Positions 8,550 through 18,890 of a stretch of DNA of 64,000 nucleotides are shown piece after piece. Within the stretch, counting starts at the first letter, position 1. Each line of letters opens with the position of its first letter. The position numbers and the translations under genes are program-made. The notes beneath the pieces were generated by a model that had not been told where the DNA came from, searched no databases, and saw only the letters and a program-made list of their open reading frames with translations. The stretch is from an uncultured Bacillota bacterium (GTDB lineage Bacteria; Bacillota; Clostridia; Acetivibrionales; DTU013): positions 1,103,566 to 1,167,565 of the forward strand of contig OW818679.1 of NCBI GenBank assembly GCA_942493145.1. The letters run 5' to 3'.

Positions 8550-10535
8550 ATGACAAAAAGTACAAAACCCGCGGTATATGGAAACGACAGCATTTCATCC
8601 TTGAAAGGAGCTGACAGGGTCCGTCTCAGGCCGGGTGTCATTTTCGGTTCCGACGGCATCGAAGGCTGCCAGCATTCCTTCTTTGAAATCCTTTCAAATT
8701 CAATTGACGAAGCTCGGGAAGGCCATGGCAGCCTTATTGAGGTAATACGCCATAAGGACAGGGCAATTACGGTCAAAGATCACGGCAGGGGCATTCCTCT
8801 CGATTACAACCAAAAAGAGGAGAAATATAACTGGGAGCTGGTATTCTGTGAATTGTACGCCGGGGGAAAATACTCCAACAATTCAGGTGAGAATTATGAA
8901 TTCAGCCTTGGACTCAATGGCCTTGGATCATGCGCCACCCAGTACAGCTCTGAGTATATGGATGTAACGGTTTTCAGGGATGGCTTCAAATTTGATCTGC
9001 ACTTTGAAAAGGGACAGAATATCGGGGGATTGCAGAAGGAAAAATGCAAATATGAGAGCACAGGGTCAACACAGAAGTGGAAACCTGATCTTGACGTTTT
9101 CACAGATATAAACGTATCACTGGAATACTTCCAGAACACAATAAAGAAGCAGGCGGTAGTCAATGCGGGCATTCGCTTCATCCTCACCGATGAGGAATCC
9201 GAGGCCGTTTTTGAGTATTGCTATGAAAACGGGATAATAGACTATTTGAAGGAAGTCAGTCTGGATAAGGGCTTTACGGAAATCCAGTCTTGGGAGACCG
9301 CTACAAAGGGCAGGGACAGGGAGGACAAGCCTGAGTACAGGGTAAAGATGCAGATTGCTTTCTGCTTCAATAATGAGATGAATCTGCTCGAGTACTACCA
9401 CAACTCCAGTTTCCTGGAGCATGGAGGGGCGCCGGATAAAGCGGTAAAGGCCGCATTTGTATATGAGCTGGATAAAGCGCTGAAGGTGCGTGGAAAGTAT
9501 AATAAGGATGAGTCAAAGATAACCTTCGTTGACATACAGGACAGCCTGATACTTGTTACCAACTCCTTTTCGACAGTTACAAGCTATGAGAACCAGACCA
9601 AGAAATCAATAACCAACAAATTCATCCAGGAGTCTATGGCTGACTTTATAAAGCAGCAGCTGGAGGTTTACCTCATAGAGAACAAGATGGAAAGCGACAG
9701 GATACTGGAGCAGGTGCTGGTAAACAAGAGGAGTCGTGAAACGGCAGAGAAAACAAGGATCAACATAAAAAAGAAGCTAAGCGGAGCCATTGACATATCA
9801 AACCGTGTTAAGAAATTTGTTGACTGCAGGACCAGGGATACTAACAGAAGAGAGCTTTACATCGTGGAAGGTGATTCTGCGCTGGGTTCGTGTAAACTGG
9901 GGAGAGATGCGGAATTCCAGGGAATTATGCCGGTGCGGGGAAAAATCCTGAACTGCCTGAAAGCCGAATACGACAGTATTTTCAAGAGTGACATAATAAC
10001 CGATCTTTTGAAGGTGCTCGGCTGCGGTGTAGAGATCAAAACAAAGCACAACAAGGACTTGAACACCTTTGACATTAACAATTTAAGATGGGACAAGATA
10101 ATAATATGCACCGATGCAGATGTTGACGGCTACCAGATCAGGACCCTCATCCTTGCAATGCTCTACCGTCTGGTGCCAACTCTTATACATGCGGGCAAGG
10201 TTTATATAGCCGAATCTCCTCTGTTTGAAATCACAGCCGGAAAGAAGACCTTCTTTGCATATACCGAGAAGGAGAAAGCGTCTATTACAGCAAAGCTGGA
10301 TGGCAAGTATTCGATCCAGCGTTCAAAGGGACTGGGCGAGAACGAACCTGAGATGATGTGGCTGACCACCATGAACCCGGAAACCCGCAAGCTGATCCAG
10401 GTTGAGCTGGAAGATGCGGAGCAGGCTCAGGCAGAAATGATGTTCGACATACTGCTGGGCGACAACCTGCAGGGCAGGAAGGATTTTATCGAAGTTAATG
10501 GTCATAAATACATGGACATGATAGATGTAAGCTGA
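8550..10535 (+). CDS. parE: Type IIA DNA topoisomerase subunit B (topo IV/ParE-like paralogue)
   Basis: GHKL ATPase, transducer and TOPRIM domains (ELYIVEGDSALGS, IICTDADVDGYQIRTLIL, QRSKGLGE). The N-terminus is divergent. The symbol is tentative because it could be a second gyrase-like enzyme. Confidence 0.8.
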   Translation: MTKSTKPAVYGNDSISSLKGADRVRLRPGVIFGSDGIEGCQHSFFEILSNSIDEAREGHGSLIEVIRHKDRAITVKDHGRGIPLDYNQKEEKYNWELVFCELYAGGKYSNNSGENYEFSLGLNGLGSCATQYSSEYMDVTVFRDGFKFDLHFEKGQNIGGLQKEKCKYESTGSTQKWKPDLDVFTDINVSLEYFQNTIKKQAVVNAGIRFILTDEESEAVFEYCYENGIIDYLKEVSLDKGFTEIQSWETATKGRDREDKPEYRVKMQIAFCFNNEMNLLEYYHNSSFLEHGGAPDKAVKAAFVYELDKALKVRGKYNKDESKITFVDIQDSLILVTNSFSTVTSYENQTKKSITNKFIQESMADFIKQQLEVYLIENKMESDRILEQVLVNKRSRETAEKTRINIKKKLSGAIDISNRVKKFVDCRTRDTNRRELYIVEGDSALGSCKLGRDAEFQGIMPVRGKILNCLKAEYDSIFKSDIITDLLKVLGCGVEIKTKHNKDLNTFDINNLRWDKIIICTDADVDGYQIRTLILAMLYRLVPTLIHAGKVYIAESPLFEITAGKKTFFAYTEKEKASITAKLDGKYSIQRSKGLGENEPEMMWLTTMNPETRKLIQVELEDAEQAQAEMMFDILLGDNLQGRKDFIEVNGHKYMDMIDVS

Positions 10536-10549
10536 GAGAAGAGGTAACC

Positions 10550-12739
10550 ATGCTTAACAACAAATCAACGCGGCAAAAGATTGCCGACACACTTGAACAG
10601 AATTACATGCCTTACGCTATGAGTGTCATAGTGTCCAGGGCCATACCTGAAATAGATGGACTAAAGCCTTCCCACAGAAAGCTGCTTTATACGATGTACA
10701 AGATGGGACTGCTTGCCGGGTCAAAGACAAAATCGGCAAATGTTGTGGGACAGACCATGAAGCTGAATCCACATGGTGATCAGGCCATTTATGAGACTCT
10801 TGTCAGGCTTTCGCGCGGAAACGCTGCGCTGCTGCACCCGCTCATCGACTCAAAGGGCAACTTCGGTAAGCAATATTCCAGGGATATGCATTATGCAGCC
10901 TCCCGTTACACGGAAGTTAAACTGGAGAAGATATGCGAGGAGCTTTTCAGAGATATTGATAAAAACACAGTTGAATATGCTGATAATTATGATGGGTCCA
11001 TGAAGGAACCTGTCCTGCTTCCTGCGACTTTTCCCAGCATCCTTGTCAACTCCAACCAGGGTATTGCAGTTGGTATGGCAAGCAATCTATGCAGCTTCAA
11101 TTTACAGGAGATATGTGATGCGACGGTACATTACATCAATGACGAAAACACCGATCTTGCACAATATATAAAAGCACCGGATTTTTCCACGGGCGGACAG
11201 CTCATATACAATGAAAAGGATATGAGAGAGATATACAGAACCGGCAGGGGCGGTTTCAAGCTGAGGGCCAAATACCGTTATGACAAGAAGAACAGCTGTA
11301 TCGAGATTTTTGAGATACCGTATACAACAACCGCAGAAGCCATAATCGACTCGGTGATCGAGCTCGTTAAAAGCGGAAGAATTAAGGATATCAACGATGT
11401 CAGGGATGAGACCGACCTTGATGGCCTGAAGATAACACTGGACATAAGGAAAAGCGCTGAACCGGACAGCATCATGAACAGACTGTTCAGGTTCACTACA
11501 CTTCAGGATACCTTCAATTGTAATTTCAACATACTGGTCAACAGCATCCCGAGGGTGATGGGGATCCGCACGATACTGGATGAATGGCTGAAGTTCAGAA
11601 TTGGCTGCATCAGGAGGCAGCTGGTCTTTGATATCGGTAAAAAAGAGGAGAAGCTCCATCTGTTGCTCGGACTCAGCAAGATACTGCTGGACATCGACAA
11701 GGCAGTCAGGATAGTCAGGGAATCTGAAAATGATTCACTGGTTGTGCCGAACCTGATGTCAGGCTTTTCAATTGACCAGGTCCAGGCGGAATTCATAGCG
11801 GAGATAAAGCTCAGGAATCTTAACAAGGAATACATAATCAACAGAGTAGGCGAAGTCGAGAACCTCAAAAAGGAGATCGCTGACCTGAAGGAGACCTTTT
11901 CTGACGAGAAGAAGGTCAGAAAACTCATTGTAAAACAGCTCAACGAGGTTTCGAAGAAATACGGCCAGCCAAGGAAAACAGAGATAATACAGGATGATAT
12001 GATAGAAGAGATTACGGAGCAGCACCTCATCGAGGATTACAACCTCAAGCTTTTCCTCACCGATCACGGTTATCTTAAAAAGATACCCCTTGTATCGTTG
12101 CGCGCCAATCCCGAGCACAAGATGAAGGACGACGACACCTTAGTCCAGGAGATAGACACAAGGAACAAGGCGGAGCTTTTATTCTTCACCAACAAATTCA
12201 CGGTATATAAAACAAGGATATATGAAATAAACGACTGCAAGGCAAGCTCCCTGGGGGAATACCTGCCTAATATCCTTCAGCTGGACAGTGATGAAAAGGT
12301 CATCAGGATGGTGGCTACAGACAGCTATAAGGGTTGGATGCTGTTCTCCTTTGAAAATGGAAAGGTAGCCAAGATAGAGCTTGACAGCTATGCGACAAAG
12401 ACCAACAGGAAAAAGCTGGCAAACGCATATTCAGACTTGTCTACCCTTATAGACGTAAGATATATTGAGAATGATATCGAGCTTGTCGCGTACAGCAGCA
12501 TAAACAAGGTCCTCATCTTCGACACCTCCTTCATAAATCCCAAATCAACGAGGGATTCGCAGGGAGTGCAGGTGCTCAAGGAGAAGAAGGGCAGCACCAT
12601 GACAAGGATATGCGGCATTGAGGAGTCCGGGCTTAACAATCCCGACTATTACAGGACCAAAACAGTACCTGCTGTTGGTTGTTACCTGAGGGAAGAGGAT
12701 GTTGAGAACAGGCAGCTTGGATTCAGCTTCCCAGAGTGA
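10550..12739 (+). CDS. parC: Type IIA DNA topoisomerase subunit A (topo IV/ParC-like paralogue)
   Basis: YMPYAMSVIVSRAIPEIDGLKPSHRKLLYTMY, active-site region AASRYTEVKL, and a short C-terminal beta-pinwheel. It directly follows the B subunit. Confidence 0.8.
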   Translation: MLNNKSTRQKIADTLEQNYMPYAMSVIVSRAIPEIDGLKPSHRKLLYTMYKMGLLAGSKTKSANVVGQTMKLNPHGDQAIYETLVRLSRGNAALLHPLIDSKGNFGKQYSRDMHYAASRYTEVKLEKICEELFRDIDKNTVEYADNYDGSMKEPVLLPATFPSILVNSNQGIAVGMASNLCSFNLQEICDATVHYINDENTDLAQYIKAPDFSTGGQLIYNEKDMREIYRTGRGGFKLRAKYRYDKKNSCIEIFEIPYTTTAEAIIDSVIELVKSGRIKDINDVRDETDLDGLKITLDIRKSAEPDSIMNRLFRFTTLQDTFNCNFNILVNSIPRVMGIRTILDEWLKFRIGCIRRQLVFDIGKKEEKLHLLLGLSKILLDIDKAVRIVRESENDSLVVPNLMSGFSIDQVQAEFIAEIKLRNLNKEYIINRVGEVENLKKEIADLKETFSDEKKVRKLIVKQLNEVSKKYGQPRKTEIIQDDMIEEITEQHLIEDYNLKLFLTDHGYLKKIPLVSLRANPEHKMKDDDTLVQEIDTRNKAELLFFTNKFTVYKTRIYEINDCKASSLGEYLPNILQLDSDEKVIRMVATDSYKGWMLFSFENGKVAKIELDSYATKTNRKKLANAYSDLSTLIDVRYIENDIELVAYSSINKVLIFDTSFINPKSTRDSQGVQVLKEKKGSTMTRICGIEESGLNNPDYYRTKTVPAVGCYLREEDVENRQLGFSFPE

Positions 12740-12756
12740 TTAAACTCTAAAAAGGA

Positions 12757-13458
12757 GTGCACAGGATAGAAAGTAAGATTAAGCACCGATTAATATTGAA
12801 TATTGTATTGGCCGCCATATTTTTAGCAGCAGTGACTTACGCTGCTGTAAAATATGGACCATATATTACTAAGCTGGCTGGAAAGCCGCAGGAATTGAAG
12901 GATCTTCTGAATTCCTTCGGATGGAAGGGTGTGCTGGTTTTCATCGCACTACAGATGTTCCAGGTGGTGGTGGCAGTCATACCCGGTGAAGTGGTGCAGA
13001 TAGCCGGCGGCTATGTTTACGGGGTGTGGGCAGGGACATTGTACTCACTGGTCGGGATAGTCCTGGGCTCAATAATCGTGTTTTATATATCCCGGTTACT
13101 GGGATACTCAATAATCAAAGCCTTCATACCAGAAAAGACCATCAGCAGGTTCAATTTAAAAATGAACAGCAACAAATCAGAAATTGCTATGCTCATCTTT
13201 TTCCTGATACCAGGCATACCCAAGGATATGCTCACTTATATCGCAGGGTTGACGCCTGTAAGACCACTGCGGTTTTTTGCAGTCATCACCATCGGCCGGC
13301 TGCCCGCGCTCTTTGCGTCTTCATACATCGGATATAATACCCAGCAGGGCAACTACACCATTGTAATAATTCTATCTGCGATAGCACTGGTTCTTTTTGT
13401 CGCCGGTCTGTTGAACAAGGACAGGATCATCAGCCATCTGCACAGGCACAAGGAATGA
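12757..13458 (+). CDS. TVP38/TMEM64 (DedA/SNARE-associated) family membrane protein
   Basis: VIPGEVVQIAGGYVYG motif and a multi-TM layout. The GTG start sits immediately after AAGGAG, so the exact start is uncertain. Confidence 0.75.
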   Translation: MHRIESKIKHRLILNIVLAAIFLAAVTYAAVKYGPYITKLAGKPQELKDLLNSFGWKGVLVFIALQMFQVVVAVIPGEVVQIAGGYVYGVWAGTLYSLVGIVLGSIIVFYISRLLGYSIIKAFIPEKTISRFNLKMNSNKSEIAMLIFFLIPGIPKDMLTYIAGLTPVRPLRFFAVITIGRLPALFASSYIGYNTQQGNYTIVIILSAIALVLFVAGLLNKDRIISHLHRHKE

Positions 13459-13491
13459 CCATGGCCTGACTCAAGACTTTGGGAAGTATCA

Positions 13492-14598
13492 TCAACTGCT
13501 TTTCTTTCCGGAAGCCTTTGGAATTTTGCGGAGCTTTGCAATCAGCAGCGTCAGCGGAGGCAGGATGAATATTACAGGTATAAGGTAAAAGACACCTGCA
13601 TTTATGGATATAATTGATTGTTCTGCTGGCGATTGGTATACAGTGGCTGCAAGGATGACCTCAAAGCCTGCAATGGGAAGGATTAATGGCCTGTAGGACT
13701 TCAATCCGAAAAACTGGGAAATTGAAACCGACAGTGCATATAATAATATACTGCTTTTAAAAAAGATAACCATTGTCTGCGTTATGCCGATAAGCAGATC
13801 CATCCGTGTGAAAACATTCCCGATGTCAATGAGCCTCACAGCCTGGAAGGATGTATAGGCCAGTATGGATTCCATACTGCCAAGTACTGCAGTGTTTCTA
13901 ATGGATGCTATAAGCAGTAAAGCTGAGCCTAACAGGAAACCCTTGTAGAAGTTGCCGGTGATTTTTTCGGGCTTGCCTGCACTGGAAAGAAGCATAAGAA
14001 AAACGACTGACCCACCGAATGAAATTGCACTGACGATATGCACTGAATGTACTACATCTACCACAGTTATGTCCAACAACGGCCGCAGGTTTGCAAGATC
14101 CATTTTTTCGCTTAACATCAGTGTAGTAATTATTACGGTGAATATGGTAATAACGATAATTACCAGGCTGATCCTGCCCATGGCCTCAATGCCGCTCCAT
14201 ACAAGATATGAACAGACTGCGGCACCTACAATTGTAAAAAAGAAAGCAGGCGTTTCGGTCATAAAAAAGGTTGTGTATAAGGATCCCAGATCCCTTAAAT
14301 TGAAAGATAACGTCAGCGAAAAAAAGACAATGTAAAGAACAGAGATGATCCTTCCGGCAACACCCCCGTAAACAGAATTGTTTATTTGTATAAGATTCAA
14401 ACCTGCAAATCTGGACGAAAGTCCTGAATAAACAAGTAAAAAGGGAGTGCTCAATAAGGTAGACAGGATTATCACCAGCCATGTATTTCTTTCGCTTATC
14501 CTGCCTACAAAGGATATTACGAGTATAGAACCTACTACGAAGGTTGCGGTGAGGCAGAAAATCTGATATTCAGTTATTCGACCCTTTTCAATATTCAT
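13492..14598 (-). CDS. Spore germination protein, GerAB/GerKB-type permease (paralogue 1)
   Basis: Ten-TM amino-acid-permease-like protein starting MNIEKGRITEYQIF. Highly similar to 14885..15991. Confidence 0.85.
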   Translation of the reverse strand: MNIEKGRITEYQIFCLTATFVVGSILVISFVGRISERNTWLVIILSTLLSTPFLLVYSGLSSRFAGLNLIQINNSVYGGVAGRIISVLYIVFFSLTLSFNLRDLGSLYTTFFMTETPAFFFTIVGAAVCSYLVWSGIEAMGRISLVIIVITIFTVIITTLMLSEKMDLANLRPLLDITVVDVVHSVHIVSAISFGGSVVFLMLLSSAGKPEKITGNFYKGFLLGSALLLIASIRNTAVLGSMESILAYTSFQAVRLIDIGNVFTRMDLLIGITQTMVIFFKSSILLYALSVSISQFFGLKSYRPLILPIAGFEVILAATVYQSPAEQSIISINAGVFYLIPVIFILPPLTLLIAKLRKIPKASGKKSS

Positions 14599-14663
14599 AT
14601 TTGTTAATCCTTTTGTTGATCATCAGCCATTTGCACAGTCACAAGGAATAATCATGTTCATAC

Positions 14664-14885
14664 TTAAGACTCAGGGTACTTCAGCCCCATCTTTTCGCTT
14701 ATGAGAAAATGCAGTGCTCTCATGGGGCTTGGAATTGGGATATCCATCACAAACAAAAATCCTATTGCGAATGCAATAACATATATGATTGAAAATACAA
14801 TGAGCTCCCTCCAGTATTTATTCTTTACCAATCCCGGTATCTGGATCAAAGCTATTATAGTATAAGCTGAAATCAGAACGAGCAT
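14664..14885 (-). CDS. Small two-TM membrane protein of the ger operon
   Basis: 73-aa hydrophobic ORF. Its ATG overlaps the TGA of the upstream gerAB-2 (TGATG), which suggests translational coupling. Confidence 0.55.
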   Translation of the reverse strand: MLVLISAYTIIALIQIPGLVKNKYWRELIVFSIIYVIAFAIGFLFVMDIPIPSPMRALHFLISEKMGLKYPES

Positions 14886-15991
14886 CAGCCACCTTCCTTT
14901 CCGGAAGCCTTCGGCATTTTACGGAGCTTCGCAAGCAGCAGTGTAAGTGGAGGCAGGATGAACATGACAGGTATCAGGTAGATGATACCAGTATTTATAG
15001 ATACATTCGACTGTTCCACTGCAGATTGGTATACAGTTGACGCCAGAATGACCTCAAAGCCTGCAATGGGAAGGATCAATGGTCTGTAGGACCTCAAGCC
15101 GGTTAGCTGGGAAACAGAAACCACCAGTGCATATAAAAATATACTGCATTTAGAAAAGATCAGCATTGTCTGTGCTATGCCGATAAGCAGGTCCATTCGT
15201 GTAAAAACATTCCCGATATCAATCAACCGCACAGCCTGGAAGGATGTGAAGGACAGTATGGTCTCGGAAGAACCAAGGACAGCAGTGTTTCTGATGGATA
15301 TGATAAACAGTAATAATGCACCTGTCAGGAAACCCTTATAGAAGTTACCGGTGATTTTTTTGGGACTCCTTGCAGAGGAAAGGATCATAAGAAAAACGAC
15401 TGTCTCACCGAATGGAATGGCACTGACGATATGGATTGAATGTACCACATCAACTGCAGGTATGTCCAACAAAGGCCGCAGATTTGCAAGATCCATTTTT
15501 CTGCTTAGCATTAGTGTAGTAATTGCTACGGTGAAAAAAGAAACAACTACAAATACCAGGCTGATCCTGCCCATGACCTCAATACCGCTCCATACAAGAT
15601 AGGAACAGACTCCCAAAATAATTATTATAAAAAAGTTTATCGGCGTCTCAGGCATGAAAAAAGTTGTGTATAATGAACTCAGGTCCCTTAAATTGAAAGA
15701 TAGTGTCAGTGAAAAAAAGATAATGTAAAAAACAGAGATTAACCTTCCGGCAACCCCTCCATAAACAGAGTTGTTAATCTGTATAAGATTCAATCCCGCA
15801 AATCTGGACGAAAGTCCGGAATATGAAAGCATAAAGGGAGTGCACAATAAGGAAGATATAATTATCACTATCCATGTATTTCTTTGGCTTATGCTGCCTA
15901 CAAAGGATATTACGAGTACAGATCCCAGTACGAAGGCTGTGGTAAGGGAAAAAACCTGGTATTCAGTTATTCGTCCTTTTTCAATATTCAT
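14885..15991 (-). CDS. Spore germination protein, GerAB/GerKB-type permease (paralogue 2)
   Basis: Starts MNIEKGRITEYQVF. The ORF-track N-terminal extension to 16027 reads through a duplicated copy of the gerAC 3' end and was trimmed. Confidence 0.85.
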   Translation of the reverse strand: MNIEKGRITEYQVFSLTTAFVLGSVLVISFVGSISQRNTWIVIIISSLLCTPFMLSYSGLSSRFAGLNLIQINNSVYGGVAGRLISVFYIIFFSLTLSFNLRDLSSLYTTFFMPETPINFFIIIILGVCSYLVWSGIEVMGRISLVFVVVSFFTVAITTLMLSRKMDLANLRPLLDIPAVDVVHSIHIVSAIPFGETVVFLMILSSARSPKKITGNFYKGFLTGALLLFIISIRNTAVLGSSETILSFTSFQAVRLIDIGNVFTRMDLLIGIAQTMLIFSKCSIFLYALVVSVSQLTGLRSYRPLILPIAGFEVILASTVYQSAVEQSNVSINTGIIYLIPVMFILPPLTLLLAKLRKMPKASGKEGG

Positions 15992-16023
15992 ATCTGTCAA
16001 TCCTTTTGGGCGCAACAGGTCTG

Positions 16024-17217
16024 TCAATCCTTTTTGGGCGCAACAGGTTTTGTAAGGAGATCGGTTCTCCTTATTTTGACCTCAACTTCAAGCATTAATT
16101 CAATATCCTGATATGCTTCATCCCAATTATCCTTAAGCTCCTTCCACTCCCTGTTGTACTTTTTGTCAAGCATTTCTCCGAAATCGTAGATATCGCATTT
16201 CAACTCCTTTGATTTCCTTAGGGATGCCATGATTTCCTTGCGTATGACATCTTCCTGCAGCTGCTGAAGCTTTTCAAACATGGGCAGGGTGGCAAGGTTT
16301 TCATCGGTGTTCTGCTCAACAAGGCTGGTATCCGCTTTTATAGCCACGTCGAAATATATTTTCCCATTCTTTATTTCCGGTTTTGTTTCACTTGTAGCCT
16401 TCATGATCTCAAAAGCGACTTTCCCCTTGCCGTCGGGGGCATCAACATTTATAACTCCGCTTTTTACCTTATTCATTACCCATAGGAGCCCACGGGTTTC
16501 ACTTTTATCAAGATGCCCTGTCAGCTTGCCTGTTTTAAAAACAACCATACCTGAAAAATCTACAACCTTTTTATTATTTTCAACTGATACGCTTACAAGA
16601 GGTGCTATCGGAGAACTGGTCCTCCTTAACATTCTTTCTGAAAAATCCTGAAGGTTGATTTCCAATAGATGTGAGGTAAGCGTACCTGACTTGATTATAT
16701 TTGCCAAACCCATAGCCGGAAGCTTTTCATTTTCGAATTCCGCTTCAAGTATATCAGCGGCTTTCCCGTTTGAGATAACAACCAGCGTGTTAGGCCTCAT
16801 TCCATGGGCCCTCATAAAGAAGTCAAGATACTTGTTAATTCCATTTTCTGCGATGTCATTACTGAAAATTACAATTTGGCTGTGTGAAACAAACAGCTTG
16901 TTACCGGTTGTATGGGTAATTTCCCTGGCGGCATCAAATATAGTAGGCATGGCGGTACTTACGTTCCACCACGCTTTGGCAGGCTCCGAGCCACCACCCT
17001 TGCCGGAAGGCTTGCTCATTTCTCCGGGCTTGACTATTTGTGCCGTGAGTTTTACATTATCTGTGGATGCCTCCTTATCGACAGCCATACCGATAACCAT
17101 CTCAAGTTCGTTGATTTCGGTTGCATTCCAGCACCCTGAAAGCAGGAAGGATATTATTATAATCAAAGGAGCAAATTTTAACATTAAAGACATCCTTATT
17201 TTGCTTCTTTTTTTCAT
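16024..17217 (-). CDS. Spore germination lipoprotein, Ger(x)C family
   Basis: Lipobox LLSGC followed by WNATEINELEMVIGMAVDK, typical of GerAC/GerKC. Confidence 0.85.
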   Translation of the reverse strand: MKKRSKIRMSLMLKFAPLIIIISFLLSGCWNATEINELEMVIGMAVDKEASTDNVKLTAQIVKPGEMSKPSGKGGGSEPAKAWWNVSTAMPTIFDAAREITHTTGNKLFVSHSQIVIFSNDIAENGINKYLDFFMRAHGMRPNTLVVISNGKAADILEAEFENEKLPAMGLANIIKSGTLTSHLLEINLQDFSERMLRRTSSPIAPLVSVSVENNKKVVDFSGMVVFKTGKLTGHLDKSETRGLLWVMNKVKSGVINVDAPDGKGKVAFEIMKATSETKPEIKNGKIYFDVAIKADTSLVEQNTDENLATLPMFEKLQQLQEDVIRKEIMASLRKSKELKCDIYDFGEMLDKKYNREWKELKDNWDEAYQDIELMLEVEVKIRRTDLLTKPVAPKKD

Positions 17218-17221
17218 ATCG

Positions 17222-18865
17222 TTACTCCTTCTCTTTCTTGCCTTCTTTAGGGCCTTTGGGCGGTTTGGGTCTGAGTCCGCCGGCCTGTTTGTAGGAGTCT
17301 TTCCCGGCTATAGGTTCAGGCCGTTCGGGCATTGCCCATAAAGGTGCCCTGATGAAGGTGTCTTTGAGACCCTGGGGTGTAAAAGGCAGAATCGGCGACA
17401 GGTATGGCGTTCCAAAGGATCTTAGGGTTGTCATATGTATCAATGTTATAAGAAGACCCATCAGAATGCCGAAACCGCCTGCAAAGCCTGCAGAAATAAG
17501 GTAGTAGTACCGCAGTATGGTACCTGAGTCTGTCTGCGACGGAACCACAAAGCTTGATATTGCCGTAGCCGATACGACTATGACCATTATCGGACTGATA
17601 AGGCCTGCTTCGACTGCCGATTGACCGAGTACAAGGGCACCGACGATGCTCACGGCAGAGCCGACAGGTTTGGGGAGCCTGACTCCTGCCTCCCTGAGGA
17701 TATCGAAAACAAAAATCATTATAAGGGCTTCCAGCACTGCGGGAAAGGGGACCTGCTCACGGCTGGCTGCTATTGAGATGAGCAACTGTGTGGGGATCAG
17801 TTCCTGGTGGTATACGGTCAGCGCAACATATATGGCGGGAGCCAATATACTTATTACATAAGAAATAAAACGCAATAGCCTCAAAAAACTGGCGAAATAC
17901 GGTCTGGAATAATAATCCTCCTCGCTTTGAAAGCTCGAGAGAAAAAGCGCCGGTACTGCCAGCGCAAAAGGTGATCCATCCACCAGGATGCCAACCCTGC
18001 CTTCAAGCAGCTTAGCCGCCAGTTTATCGGGTTTCTCCGTGTTGGATACTGTAGCAAATATTGATAAAGGCGCATCTTCTATGTACTGTTCGATAAATCC
18101 CGATTCCAGGACTGCTTCGATATCTATCTTTTTAAGCCGCTTCCTTACCTCCTCCGGAAGTTTGGGATCGGCGACATTTTTCATATAGGTCATATATACT
18201 AAAGTTTTTGTTTTTGTTCCTATTGTGAATTTTTCGATACACAGGTCTGGATCCTTTATTTTACGGCGAAGCATGGCTGTATTCACCTTGATGTTCTCTG
18301 TGAAACCTTCCCTGGAACCGCGGACGGTGCTTTCCGTCTGAGGCTCATCTATTCCTCTTGATTCCCACTTTCTTTCATTGATGCAAAGTGCTTCGGCAAT
18401 GCCGTCTATAAGAAGTATGGTACTTCCGGAAAGGAGCCAGTCAAAAAGCTCACCCATTATGGTTATCCTGTGGTTGTTCATTGTATGAAGCAGGTTTTGT
18501 GCCATGGACATAACGTCGGTATTACCTGCCTGACTTTGCAGAATATTATCTGAAGTACTGTCCATCAATGGTTTCAAAACATTTCTCTGAATAGAATTTT
18601 CATTTGTAAGTCCGCTTACGAATATTACCATTCCGCGATTTTTGCCGGATTTCCCATAATTGAATTCATGAAAAATAATGTCGGGACTAAAGTGAAGAGC
18701 AGTGCGAATTCTGCTCACATTCTGGTCAATACTTGCCAGAAGGGGTACCTGCTTTTTTATAGAATCGCTTTTTTCAGTGCTGGTACTTGTATTCTTCGAA
18801 CTTTTTCTGAACAAAACAAAATCCCCCTGATCAAATAACTTTGATACATAGGGGATTGTTAACAA
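17222..18865 (-). CDS. Spore germination protein, GerAA/GerKA family
   Basis: GerA-family core (..GFTENIKVNTAMLRRKIKDP.., ..IVGALVLGQSAVEAGLISPIMVIVVSATAISSF..). The annotated start is a TTG and is uncertain. Confidence 0.8.
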   Translation of the reverse strand: MLTIPYVSKLFDQGDFVLFRKSSKNTSTSTEKSDSIKKQVPLLASIDQNVSRIRTALHFSPDIIFHEFNYGKSGKNRGMVIFVSGLTNENSIQRNVLKPLMDSTSDNILQSQAGNTDVMSMAQNLLHTMNNHRITIMGELFDWLLSGSTILLIDGIAEALCINERKWESRGIDEPQTESTVRGSREGFTENIKVNTAMLRRKIKDPDLCIEKFTIGTKTKTLVYMTYMKNVADPKLPEEVRKRLKKIDIEAVLESGFIEQYIEDAPLSIFATVSNTEKPDKLAAKLLEGRVGILVDGSPFALAVPALFLSSFQSEEDYYSRPYFASFLRLLRFISYVISILAPAIYVALTVYHQELIPTQLLISIAASREQVPFPAVLEALIMIFVFDILREAGVRLPKPVGSAVSIVGALVLGQSAVEAGLISPIMVIVVSATAISSFVVPSQTDSGTILRYYYLISAGFAGGFGILMGLLITLIHMTTLRSFGTPYLSPILPFTPQGLKDTFIRAPLWAMPERPEPIAGKDSYKQAGGLRPKPPKGPKEGKKEKE

Positions 18866-18890
18866 AAAAAAACGATTATATACCTTTCTC

